Source: Raillietiella orientalis
Taxonomy: Eukaryota
Direction: 5' to 3'
NCBI GenBank assembly: GCA_036172245.1
Contig: JAYWIR010000019.1
Span: forward strand, 3,162,001 to 3,226,000
DNA length: 64,000 bases
Positions 1 through 13,000 of the stretch are shown piece after piece. Each line of letters starts with the position of its first letter. Positions within the stretch are counted from its first letter, which is position 1. A program made the translations under genes and the position numbers. The notes under the pieces were generated by a model that made no database searches, had not been told where the DNA came from, and saw nothing but the letters and a program-made list of their open reading frames with translations.

Positions 1-79
1 TCCCGATAAGCAATGGATCAATACAGTAAAATGCAATAAAACAGAGAGTGGAATTAAAAAGTAGAATCAACGAGATAAA

Positions 80-85
80 TTTATT
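80..85 (-). promoter_or_regulatory. Candidate polyadenylation signal AATAAA for the ESRP mRNA
   Basis: tttatt on the plus strand about 600 nt past the stop codon, followed on the sense strand by U-rich sequence. Confidence 0.4.
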
Positions 86-620
86 TACATGGATGAGCGA
101 AATAAAGGGAGAGCAAAAAAAAAAAAAAAATTTTTTTTTTTTATAAAAAAACACAGCATTTGATTCATAGTATTAAAAAAAAAACTTATAAATACAATAC
201 TTTAATAAAATTGGATGCAGTAAAATGGGAAATGAATCTCGAAACTCAAAAGCAGTACTAAAAAAAACGCTGTGAGAGATCCGGTGGTCCGGAAACGAAA
301 GTGGAAACAGCTTCTGCGAGTCTTTCCGGTGAAAACATTTTTTCCTTCTTTTTCCATCTCGGATTTTCCAAACAAAAAAAAAAAAAAAAAACAAAATCGA
401 TCCGATCCGACTGAATCTTTAGCGAAGAGAAACTATCGAAGCATCTCCGTAGGCCGCGAGAGCTTTCTGCTCTTCCTTGACGACCGTTCCGTTCGAACGC
501 ACCGATTTTCGAGGAAAGTCTTCCAGGGAGTCCCTATGCTACAGAAACGGAGGGTGGGGGAGTCAAAACGGAGTGTTGGCCTGAGAACGAGGCGGCAACC
601 AAAACACGGGAAAAAATTAC

Positions 621-657
<37 letters not shown>

Positions 658-688
658 CTTCGACGTCGTCTCAGAAAGGAATGTTACT

Positions 689-1561
689 TCAAATGTTAGA
701 ATAAAAGGTGTACGGGTTCCAGCTCACAGCGGTGGAAGGGAATGCCGAAGCTAGGGCGGTCGCTCCCAGTGGGGACTGCAGGACTCTTTTGATACTCTCC
801 GTTTGCAAGTAAGTGTTAGAAAACGCCTGGTCGAAAGACCTTTTCAAGCCCACCGAAGAGGTCGTGGGGCTGACAGACGTTGCGACCGGAGCAACCGCCA
901 CGGCGGAGGAACTCGGCAAATACCCCATCTTGGAGATTTGCTGGCCGGCGGCGGCGGGACGAATGTGTTGCGGGACAGACAACCTGGCGGCATTGAGGAG
1001 GAGAAAGTTGGGGTTCACAATGTCGTGAAGGGGCAAGAAGTTGGCTGCGTAGGGGAAGGACGCGAGGGGAATCTGGGTGCGGATCACCCCAGGGGGAGCG
1101 CCGAGACTCTCGTTTAATAGCACTCCTGCGTTTAAATCGATCGGTGCGGCCATCCGAGGGGAAGCGGGGGTGGCTGAAAGCGCCGGTGTTACAAGCGGTG
1201 CCCTAGCCTTCATAGCCGCTACAGCAGCGACCGCTCCTAAAGTTCCACTCAGAGACCCACTCGTAGATAACTGTGGTAGCAGAACTTGAGGAGCGGGTTG
1301 TCCTGCCAGCGTCGCTAAATTGGATTTTCCAACAAGAGACACTGGATCCCAGGCAAACATACCAGGAGACAAAAAGGATCGTTGCGCAGAGGTGGGTATG
1401 CCGGTTAGAACCACGTTCATGTCTTCGCCAGAACACTGAAAGACTTCGATGTAGCGTTGCTTCTTGCCGAAGGTCATGTACTTGTGATGCCTTTGTTGGG
1501 CAGCTAGGAAAGCACTTTGCTCGCTGTCCATTTGTATAAAGGCTTCGCCAGAAGGTTGTCC
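689..1561 (-). CDS. ESRP1/2: ESRP terminal coding exon, end of RRM3 plus Ala/Pro/Ser-rich tail ([11 protein letters not shown]...YTFYSNI*)
   Basis: Acceptor TTTTGGTCTTCAG| after a T-tract, GEAFIQM and [12 protein letters not shown] motifs, TGA at 691-689. May contain a small in-frame intron (see findings). Confidence 0.88.
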   Translation of the reverse strand, partial: GQPSGEAFIQMDSEQSAFLAAQQRHHKYMTFGKKQRYIEVFQCSGEDMNVVLTGIPTSAQRSFLSPGMFAWDPVSLVGKSNLATLAGQPAPQVLLPQLSTSGSLSGTLGAVAAVAAMKARAPLVTPALSATPASPRMAAPIDLNAGVLLNESLGAPPGVIRTQIPLASFPYAANFLPLHDIVNPNFLLLNAARLSVPQHIRPAAAGQQISKMGYLPSSSAVAVAPVATSVSPTTSSVGLKRSFDQAFSNTYLQTESIKRVLQSPLGATALASAFPSTAVSWNPYTFYSNI

Positions 1562-3979
1562 CTGAAGACCAAAAAAAAAGAAAAGAAAAAAAAAGACATG
1601 AGCGAACATCAGACACGCGATGCACTTCTTCGGGATCCCGGCACTCGTGTTTCGCTCCCTCGCTCTCTTTTTTCCAATATCGCGGAAACCCGACGCGTGC
1701 ACCATGCGGGCGAGAGCGCACCACCGGGTCTTGAAGGAGCCCCCGGGCTTCCCTTGAGCCGGACGCCTTCGCCTTCACGGCAGCGCGCGTTTCCGCCAAG
1801 AGGACGGCTGGACCGCTCCTCGCTCGCAATGATTCCCAGCAAAGGAAGCGCGCGAGGGGCCACTCCCGTCCACCCGACCGCACCCAAGAGGAGCGATTCA
1901 TTCTTCCTTTTTACCTGCGTGTTGAATACCATATGCACTCCTTGAAAGACAATATTTTTAGCGTGGTCTCCGAGAAATTCAAGGATGTGTTCCACTTGGG
2001 CTTCGTACGGTAGACCACGCAATCGAATACAGTCCTTTCTGGTTCCTGTAGTGATCACCTGTAAAGGAAAAGGAGGAACTTGCGCTATGAGTGGCTGTTG
2101 CTGCTCCTGTCTAGGGTCCAGTGACCTGTTGAGAACCTAAAATGACTGATTATAACTGACTGGTTACAACCCAAGATGGCGCTGATTAGCATAAAATGAG
2201 GCGCCGCAGCGTGCGTCCGAATGTGAGCGTGGATTCTTTTTTTTTTTTTTTCCCCCCCCTTACATTCCAGGAGGAAAAATCGATCCAGAAACGACGACAA
2301 CCGTTTCTCAAAAAGCGCAGACAAATAATCTAATCTTGCGCCCGGGTGCCGTTACATGTGTACAAAAGTAGTCGCAAAAAAAAAAAAAAAAAAGACAAGC
2401 AAAGAACCGGAAACAGCGCCTGTTGCGTTCGAGATGCTCGGTGTATTCGCACACAACTCTGAGCCACACCACACCGCCTGCAGGCATCCTCGCAAATAAG
2501 TAAGAGGAGAACAACTTGCGTAACTCGGATAGGAGGCGCATGCTAAACGTTAAGGGCATCGGTCTTCAGGCGAGACTGGTCTTCAGCAGACCATCTCGCT
2601 AAGTACTCGCAAATGCGGTTAATCTTGGCAGACAGAATTTCCGGATGCCCGGCATCTTTGAGATCAATTCGACCGGGCAGTTCGCATCCGCTTTCGGCTC
2701 AAACAGCTCTCTCAATCCGTTTTTTTTGTCGTACCTGTTGCACCTCCGCAGTGGTGCTGCGGAACAGCTCGATGTATCTTGAGCCGATCACTTCCCTGTG
2801 CTTGCTCAGAGCCTTGATCCCATCTTCCTCTGATTGGAACATGACAAAGGCGTCACCTGTAGCACGACCGTCGAATCTTCTGACAAAGAGAACTCCTTCC
2901 ACGCCGTCCACAACATTGCAACTGTTTTTTCCTTGTTCGAAGAACTCGATCTATGCAAACATCTCCCATCAGAGGGTCTTTTTTTTTTTTTTTTAAAATT
3001 TTTTTTCAAATTTTTTTTTTATTTAGCCATTCCGTTCGCTTATGAACATCCTTAAAGCGCTCTGAGAAGTCCCAGGATGGACGCGAAATAATTGACTGGG
3101 AAACGCTTCCGAAACTTCCGCGGTTCACAGATGGATGGCGTGTGATCAAACGACTATGGGCACGCAAGAAGAGAATTCCTGCCGGATCTGGCGAGATTAC
3201 TAGAGAGAGCCAGGGGAAACGTAGATGGAATCGGTGATCTCAGATTACAATGCACTAAACAGATCAGACTTTTACAGTGGCACGGGACCTGCCTGGCTAC
3301 TGTGGCAAGGAGCGAAAATAATGACCACAGTCGATCCCAACGGGCGAAAATAGCATCGCCTTGTTTTTTTCTCTTTTTTGTGTTTTGCTTTTCAAAGCGA
3401 ATGGCCATCAAACGATAACAGGGTGGAGACGGAAGAAACTCAAGATTCGGGCAATGCCATACGAAAATAATACGAACTTGATACGTACCACTTGCGCGGC
3501 CGAGCAATCATATGGAAGACCTCTCATACGTACTATCACTTGACCTGATCGGCTCAAAAAGGCTTGGGCTTCATTGCTGTTTCCTAAGGGGAAAAAACCA
3601 CAACGAGGGATACAGTTTTTCATCCTGGAGCACCACACGTTAGTCAGTAAAAAAATCTCTAGCGGCTCTGCCGTCAACAAAGTTGAAAGGCGTTCCGACC
3701 AGTCACAAAGTTCACACGAATTCGATGAAAGATAAGCATTATCATTGTAAGCACAAATGCGAATTCTGACACGTAAGCGACTGTTTGCAGTAACCGAAGA
3801 ATCGGTGCACAGAAATCTTTACAAGTGGTCGAAAACAGTCGACGGCTATGGAAGCAGAGCGACTTTTCGTAACGCCATTTGTCTTGTGCAAGCCAGCAAA
3901 ACTTCAGGAAATTATCATTTGTGCAGCTCAAACCTCACCGTTAAAACTGGAATGTTCCACATGAAAAGAAAAAAAAAAA

Positions 3980-4018
<39 letters not shown>

Positions 4019-7000
4019 ACACCACATGAAATCAGATCGTGTCCACGATAATGGGAAGGAATTCGTACCTCCGGCCACATTCACGAAATCGTCTCCGTTG
4101 GCTCGATAGACTTCAATATAGCGCGAGCCAATATGGTGCTTGTGTCTTTTTAATGCCATCTCTCTGTGTTCCTGGTCCACGAAGCGAACGAGAGCTTCTC
4201 CATTTCTCCTTCCTTGAGGACTCAGACATAATGCAACTCCTCCTCTGAAAGAAGACACATGTTTGTTTGTTTTTTTCCTCCAACATACTCTCCACAGGCT
4301 CGTGAGATGTTTATAGAATTATTCCGCCTCGTGTACATCGGTTAGAATCGTACACAGCCGTAGCACGCGGATCACAGCGGAGAGTGATGAGAAAGCTGAC
4401 GCGCAGTGCGCGGGGAGACGGACAGATGTAGAGCAGACCAAAGACCCTCAAACCACAAAGTAGTTCTACGTCCAGCGCTCTCCTCATGATGGAAGAAAAG
4501 AAAGCAACGCGATCGAAGTACCGATATTCATTAGGGAACAAGAAAAGTCCCGCAGGGCAGAATTATCCGACACAGCTCGCCATGGAAAAGAAATTCTTTT
4601 TTTTTTGGGGGGGGGGAGGCGTTTTAAGCTTAGCGACGGTAGCTAGAGCGGTAATCTTTCATCTTCATAGGAACATAGGTTAAAGCAGGTTACATTTTTA
4701 GGGCATCACGTTTAAGAGTTTATGCACAAAGTTGGTGATGAACTAAAAATTTTTTCTCAGAGCTGCATCCAGGAATTAAGAACAGTGTGTAATGACGGAA
4801 GTGAATTACGAATATCTGTTGAAGGAGGAGGATGCTCTGGTTTCCGGCACCGATTTGAACTTGCCGATGCAATTGAGGAAAACGATCAGTAAGGCAACGT
4901 GTGCCTGCTCTCAGATCAATTCCTGAAAGGGTGTTTCAAAAAGACCAAATAAGGGTTGTCGTTGATCCCAGATCACCGTAGCTTCTCACAAGGGTTCAAC
5001 ATGGACTATCACGAGAAACTGCTTAAATCACCCTTCCGTATAGTAAATGATCCTCAAGCTGAACAGGAATGCTCCTGCGGAACTTCTTTTGCTACAAAAT
5101 TTCCTTCCGATCAGTAACCATAGAAATAAATAGAATTTTTTGACATTCGGCTTTTTTTCCAACTTTGTACCTGGGATTGTTCGTTGACCTCAGTTCTGGC
5201 TTCCAGCTGTTCATTCATGCTGGCCAAATGATCTGACAGGGTTGCCAGTTGGCTGCTGTAGTTGTCGGTGGTGCTAAGTTCTTCTTGCGATTTTAACAAG
5301 GCTTGCTCTGAATCTTCTCGCAAGCCATCTTTGCTTTGCTGCAGCAATGCACTGTAATGCTTTTGGCATCCTGCATGGAACGCTACCACTCTGCTATATC
5401 CATCAGTTGCCTTTTCTCAGTATTCCCTGGGATCCGCTGATTGAAACAGTTTTCCATTTGTTCATCTCCCCTTATGCGTACACAAATGTGCACTGAGCTC
5501 CCGCGTTTCTGTTTTCAGGAGCATCACTCTCAGGCCTTCAGTTGCTGCTGCGTGTTCGATGGTGCATGGTTTGAGCCTTGGACACGTTCTGAACCGGAAA
5601 TCTTCTGTACGCTGAAACGCGTCGCTCTTGCAATTTCACTCGACTCGGATGCTCAAGCAAAGTCACGTTTTAGAAAGCATTCTTCCTGCGATGCTGTTCC
5701 GTTTCGGACGATCCTATCCAAGGTGCGAAAGAATTCTTTTGCTACACTTTCTCCCCTAAAGAGAACTCTTTGGATCATGAGAGGCAAAAACGCTAAACAA
5801 AGAAGAAGAAGAAAAAAAAACGCCCCAAGTAAAGACTGCAGAACCGAACTGAAGACCGCATCACCCGATTTCAGGCCTTTTCGATATTGCATGTTCCGTG
5901 AAGAACTCAAAGAAAGGAAGGAACGAGATCGCAAAGACAAGGCTCCGGAGATCCTCAGAACGGAGGAGGGGAGAGATTTCCTGGTCCCTCAGGAAACCGT
6001 CACACAGGAACGCCGAATTGTGCGAAGGGAGGCTTCGAACGCAGCAGACCTCTCAAAGTCAAAACTCTGGAGACGTGACGCACACCTGACTTGAATTGCA
6101 TCAACAGCATGCGCTGGTCTTGGAGGTGCACAAAAAGAGTTGTCGATCCTTTCGGAAAAGGGAATGCCGTCTTGAGGGGAAGCGGCGCTGTGATCATCAG
6201 CTGCGACACTGAACACGTGCACGGAGCTTCGGAGACTTTTCCCCATGCAGTCCGATGTTCACCTGCCTCTGGTAAAAACGACCTTCCGCGCGTCCTGAAT
6301 CCCTCACTTCCTTGACTCGAAAAAGTGACTCGAGGGTCTTAAAAAAGCTGTACTCAAGTGGTTTCTCGGAGTCAATTGCGAATTCCGGGTCGCAGGGTGT
6401 TTCTGGAAAACTGTGGAATCATTCGAGTAAATCCGATAGGACCGTCCAACGCGGAATACGCGGTGCCGAGGTACTGCAATCATTCTGGCACTCCGAAAAG
6501 GCTATCGAGCAAAACAAAAAAAAAAATTCCGTGCCTGAGACGGAGGTCCGTTTTTTTGAGACCGGGCGGACGTGGCACTCAAAAAGAGTCGGCAGAGCCG
6601 TGTGGCACAAATGATCGTGCAGGACGCGTGATCCAGAGCGGTTCACGTTTCCCTTTATTTCAATCGGAACAGTTCCGTTCGCGATCTGCCACGGATTCCT
6701 CCCGTAATGCCTTTCTGACGACGGACCTAACGGTCCCTCTTGCGAACGCCGCCGGAGCCGCGTGCTGGGCGGGGAAGTTCCTGAGCCCCGGGAGGCCACT
6801 CGCGCGACCGATGCGGGCAGGACGCAACGTCGCCCCGGTTCGGGAACTTTTGGGTTTCGGATCTTCCCGCCGCCGGCGGAGTCGCCGCACTCTTTGAGCT
6901 CGAACTCCGGCCGCTTGCATCCTTCCTTCCGTCGCCGCCCACCTCCTTCCATCTTGCGAGCAGCCGCGCGAAGAGCTGGACATGCTGGACCCAGGAAACG

Positions 7001-10000
7001 GAAGGCATGTCGCAAGGGGCGTACATGGGTCATCCTGCTTGTCTTTCTCGATGGTCTTGGAGCGCTCCCCGCTTCGGGAGCTGCACTACAGAATCTCCAA
7101 TAGGTTGGATATAATATAGGGGGAGGGAGGGCGCTAGAAATGAAAAAAAAAAAAAAAAAAAAATCCTCGCCAGCTGCTCGCGCGCGTGCATCGTTCGGGT
7201 GTTTCCGGGTGCGGTCGAATGCTGGGAGCTGGGAGGGATTCAGCACCTTTTCGAATTGGTCCGGAAGGACGGCGAAGATCTAAGGAGAAGCAACAAACGG
7301 CTGGACCGTCCCCGACGCTGGTCGCAAGGCAGTCGCACAACAAGCAGTTGCCAGCACGTATGGAGATCGTGCAGATCTCAGTTTCCTGTTTTGCCTTTCG
7401 CCTTCGGAGGGACGGATTTTTCCCAGACGACATCTTTCCCGCGACTGCCAAGACTTCATGTCCACCATAAGACGACCAGAGCGCCTCGGGAAGGCAGGGT
7501 GGCACACTTGCGCTCGTGACGAAAAGATCATCGGAAGAAGCAAAATCTCGCCTCCAGGATGGTTTCCTCTATTTCTCGAATGTTCCCTGAACGTGGAAGG
7601 GGGTGTTGCCGCAGGAACTTCAGGAGAACGGAGCAAGGGCCCTAGGATCACTTTCCGAACACGATACGGAGAGGCTGGATCTCCAAGTCGACCCAACCAG
7701 GCATCCATTCCGGCATGGACAAACAGAAACGAAGCAGCCGCCAGCCAAAAGAGGCAACTCGGAGGAGGCGAAAAAAAGGTGCCAGCATGCAAAACAACCG
7801 AAGGCCTCGAGTTCTCGGGTTCTCATCCGTTCCCAGCTGCCAGAAACCGAAAAGTCCAATCCCAAGGGGGCGGCAACTTCGCGCAGATCACTGTCCCTTG
7901 GAACCAATTAAAAAGGAAGCCAATTAGGAAGAAAACTGAAGAAGAAGAAGGAAAACTGGGCCGATAAATCCACAAGTCAGTCCGTTAACATGCACCCATC
8001 AAGAAATCGAACCAAATGAGCGGAGATGGTTGCACCGGCGAACCTGACCCAGTTCTTCCCGAGTTGGCTGCAAGCGGAACTGCCCCGCAGTTGACAAAAA
8101 GGTTTCGTTCTCCGGATCCGCAACGCGCAGGAAGGATTCGTACAGGGAGAGAGAACACCCGACGGTGCCCCTCTCTCTTGCTGCCTGCTTCTGCGTCGAT
8201 CGTGAGGTAACTGTTTTCAGGAGGAATCATTAATCCAGATGAAATTCCCGAACGTGGTGTTGGGTTTCTGGAAACCCAAACAAACTCTCAGGAGCGATTA
8301 CCAGCGACTGCTTCGAGTTTCTTTCAGTGCGACGTCGGGTACGGGCGAAATGGCATTTCACCCTTGCTGGCCTCACGAGTCACGAAAGCAGCAATTCCGA
8401 AACTGCACCAAGGTGAGAGTTCATCCAACCATCTGGGGAAAGCACCGCAAACGACAGGAGCACAAACTTCCAGTGCACGTGAAAATGGTATCCGTACAAT
8501 ATAATTCATGAAAATTACTACTGTACGATCTCCCGCCGATTTTTATAAGCCGAGATGAAGATCGCGTTCAGCGAGGAGGACGAAACCAGCGAAAGGATGC
8601 GAAGCCACGGGAAGGCTGGAATAAAATCACGAGAGCGTGACAAATTTGTCAGCTTCAGTCCGTCGGCCCACCTTCCGCGACGCAACGAATGACGGCAAGG
8701 ACTGCACACGCGGCTTCGGGAAGCTGCCTGCCTGGACCTGAATTCCGCACGCTCGTGGCCCACTCGGTCACGGCGACATTATGGTGGCGCGAAAAATTCC
8801 AGGCAGCATCCAACGGCTGTTATCCACCGTCCATGCATTCCTTCCCGACGCGGTTCTCAACCTTCGGTCGGAACGATTCCCTCTGGGACCAGCATCATCT
8901 GACTCCACACCACAGGGACGGGATCGCAGACGCCTTTTTCCCCTCTCTGGATAGAGTCCTGCAGCACAGAACGATGGAAATTCCTCTCGAGCATGCGCAA
9001 AAAATCTGCGCCTGTACCACTCTGTGCATCTCGGTAGCGACGTTCTGCCGGCAGGAAGCGAACAGGAAAAGCAAACCACAACACACTCAACAGCCTCGGC
9101 GGAAAACCGCTGTGATGGAGTGTTCACAACCCAATGAGCGCTCACAGCGAACAGACAAATTCATTCGTCAAATCGAAACATCCAGGAAGCGGAAGAACCG
9201 AACGGAATAAAGAAAAAAAAAGGAAAGCGCTCTGATGTTATGGTTTCACTTACATCATCCGGAATCCGCTATCCTTCACAAAAACAAAGGGAAATACATC
9301 AAGGTGCTCCGATACTTTCAACACTGATACAGCAGCGTTCTGGACAGGGGATAAAATGCACAGCCGGGATTGGGACTGCATTGTTCAGATCATATTTACG
9401 ACGTTTCCCAGAGTCGACGAAAAGAGAATAATGATATACAAAAAAAAAAAAAAAAAACCTCACGAAGCACAACTCAGCTCAAGTCTTCCGGGCAGGAGGA
9501 GCGATTCGCTCAGGGTATAGAAACTCGCGGGGTTTCGGGTTATTCAGGACGGTTGGCAAGTGCACGTGAAGCCAGGCCTGAAACAGATCTTGGTTTGGCG
9601 GCCGTCTTAATCGCAAGAGACGTTGGGAAGCTCCCGTAGGCTCTGATTTGCTACATAACCCGAAACCCGACTAAATATCCGGCAGATACCGAGATTTGGG
9701 CGTTCCTGGTTCGAAGAGAGCCTGCGAACTCTCCAGAACGGCACGTGCACACGGACAGTGTGCGTGCGTGCGTGCGTGCGTGTGTGTGTGTGTGTGTGTG
9801 CGACACTGGAAAGGATTTTAAAAGCTGCACACATGCCCGCACATGTTGAGCTGAATTTCATTCGAACATGCTAAAAACGTCTAAATGAACGTCTCATTGC
9901 GCTGGCTGGAGGCAGACGCCCGAATTTCGAAGACCGAAAAATGTACATATCCACCCCATTGGTTCGCAACAGCACTGTGGCCCCCATGTACAAATTTGAC

Positions 10001-13000
10001 AGGGTGTGTCTCGCAGGGTTTTTTTTTTTTTTTTTTCGAAGAAAAATCTCCGGATGCTTTTCCATGAAGCAAAGATCGGCGCGGTGAGCTTGCGAAAAGG
10101 GACCTTTCCCAGCCAGCACAGAGAAACACCGGCAGGAGAGCGCGGATCTTGTGTGGAGCTACGTGAAAGATTTTTGCCGATAGATGTGCAGTTACCAAAA
10201 GAAAAAGAAAGAAGGAAAAAGGAAAACAGTTATAGCAGAACGGTACGCGAACAGTTATAACATACCGGAGGAGCGATTATGAGTTCTCTTCCAGCAGAAA
10301 GAGAGAATTGTGAAATTCGTAAAATGGTGATAATAGGGAACTCCAGTCCGTTCCGTGGAGAGCAGGCGTTCCCGAAGTCGCTCGCAGAACACCGGGCTGC
10401 AGAGCCGCACCGCTCGCGATTCCTCCTGACTGCAGCTTGAAGAAGCCCACCGACAAATTCCTCGCTTCCTCTGTCCCTGATTGCGGATTCTCTCTCTATG
10501 CATTACGAAAAGCTTCGGAATTCGACGCCGGATGAGGTTGTATCTTTTGGATACCTTTCATCTCGTGCTCGTGATAGATGAGCGGCAAACAGTATCATGA
10601 GAAGACACGCTGAGCCACACGATGGGGAGAGAGACCTTCGTTGCCTTGCTACAACTCGGATGCCTGCGGATTTGCAGCGAAGTTCTCTTGACGAGAAAAA
10701 ATGAGAAATGGGAGAAGCGTCGCGCTCCTTCTCTTGTACGATGGAAGCCCTTTCGTTGAGGTAGCTGAAGCCCAAGAGACGGGCGGTACTGCAGCCGTAA
10801 GCTTTACTTGAAAACGGGAGATGACGGAGCCGTGATTCTGCGATCTGCGCCTCTTCGGTGGCTCCCCGTTTTGATTCTGCTGGCCCGACCAGAAGGTACA
10901 AGGGTTTGGGAACATAGCGAGGGAATGCCTCGAAAGCTGATGATTCAGCAGGTAGGGTCCACGCCGAGGGCATTTGCGACCTGAGCTACTTATGCGGGGT
11001 GAAACCCGAGGAGAATATGGTCGGCGCGCCTACAGATCTGCTTTAGCGCGCAGAACTGTTGCCGTGAAAGCAGAACAACTTCGCCTGCTCGCTTCTTTTC
11101 TTCCCTCTCTCGTGGAACGGGCAGCTCGTTGTTACCCTGAGAGGTGACGTGTCGCCCATCCAGATCATTTCAGTGATTCTTTTAGAATGGGTGCACTCGC
11201 TTCAGCTTGCAGGCAGGAAGCTCCTGCTCGTCGCACGTGCCGCTGGACAGAGAGTTTGCAGATTCTTCGGAAGAATTCATGAATTTCCAACTCTTTTCCC
11301 AGGAGGGGGGATACCAGCAAAGATGATCGAAGAGCGAAGCGTTCTGGAGCACCTGACACAACGTAAACGATTGCATCGTGGCTTTCCCGGGTGCAGGCAT
11401 CACAATCATCACAAGGAGTTGAAGAGGAAGATGGTGGTCAAGAAAGACTTCCATTAGGAATCCTTCAAAGTTCACCGACCATTTGTTTTGGGTTTTCAAG
11501 CTTCCAGTTGCCTTCCCTTCTGAGAATCGCCAACTAGAAAACCCGCCTTCGCAAATTTTCTTGCCTTCCTCGTTCCCTTCCGTGCTTCTTCCTGCCACCA
11601 ACACGAGGCTCATGCGGCACTCGTGGCATATCCCCGGCCGCTTACCAACAGGCGTGCAGTTCCAAGCACATCCTCCACCCTCTACCTCGACATCTTCCTC
11701 CGAGTTCTTCTTGCTTTCCAGGCCACGGCTTTCAGTTTCATTCCATGAGAGAAAGGGAGTGCCAGTCCTCTACATAGGAAGACAAAGGCTGGTGGGATTC
11801 CTTTTCCTGATCTTCCGAGAACTGCAAGGAACTACCAACCGGACATCTGAAGAGTCCGAAAGGAGTACTATTCACACACCTGGATGGCTCTTCTGCTTCG
11901 CGCGGCAACCGCCCTCTGGAGGAAGGGAATCCTACAGCGCCTTTTTTTCCCCGCTCCCATCCGCGAAATTTGCTTGGGGGGGCGGGAGGGGGGCAAGGAA
12001 CTCTTTGTCCACCGCGGCCACCATTTCCCTTTCTTACATCGGGCTCGAAGGCACGAACTGGAAACCGGGTGCGCGTGCAATTCCGAGGTGGTTTCAACTC
12101 GCAACGAAAGGGTAGATGGTGGCGTGGTACAATCCCTTAGTACCCGCGAACGTCTGCACGGCTCTAAGGCTTTCCCAAATTGAAAAAAAAAAAAAAAAAA
12201 AAATGATTCGCCCCTATGCGTTCGAGTGCCCTAGTAGTTCTCACCCGCTGAAAACTCTTTTCGGTTTGGAAAACTTGATGCCCCACAGACAGAGCTGCAG
12301 ATGACGTGTGCGCGTGTGCGCGTGCGCGCGCGCTTGGGAACTGCACGCGCTCCAAAGGTCGAGGGGGTCGCGACCGGGAACCTCGACAATTTGCATACAT
12401 TTCCTCCTCCCCTCCCCTCCCCCCCCCACACACACACAAGCGCCGTGCAGGATGCCGTCAGACACCACACTTCCAACAACAAATGCTGCAACGTCAGGAT
12501 GTTGCTGGAGCACCGACTTTTCCTTCCCACATCCTCCAGCCTCGTGAGCCTTTCACGTCAGCAAAAACAACCACACGCTTTCTCTTGCCACGAAATACAC
12601 CAAACGTATATCTTACTTTGCGATGTTCAGTCCTCTGAAGAACCTGGCAATATCTTGATCTGAAGACTGCCAAGGAAGACCACGTGTCCGAACGACGCAG
12701 CTATTATCGACTTCTTCGTACTTAGAACTGCAAAACAGTGACACATGGATCAGTCGTGGATACTCGCAATGAAAAGAACACATGACAAACATCCTCACCA
12801 ACATATATATATATATACATACACACACACACACACACACACTTCTGGCAAGCACAGGAAAGGAATGCTTTCAGCTTTGGTCGTTTCCTATCCCCTATTA
12901 TTACATGTACAGAGCATTCTGTTTTGGCATAATTCTACTTCACGCGGCTCAGTTATACAATTCTTACTTTACTCTCAAGGGCATCGCACAGGAAATTCAA

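Noticed and set aside
115..142. A16-T12 self-complementary run in the 3' UTR
   Set aside because: Homopolymer runs are everywhere in this window and prone to sequencing error.
1562..1705. N-terminal extension of the 338-aa ORF (MVHASG...[11 protein letters not shown])
   Set aside because: This is intron 10 read-through, including the T-tract. Coding sequence resumes at 1561.
10700..10940. Peptide remnants reminiscent of a copia integrase (GEA, DLRLFG, ARECL)
   Set aside because: Needs several frameshifts and too few residues match to call without a profile search.
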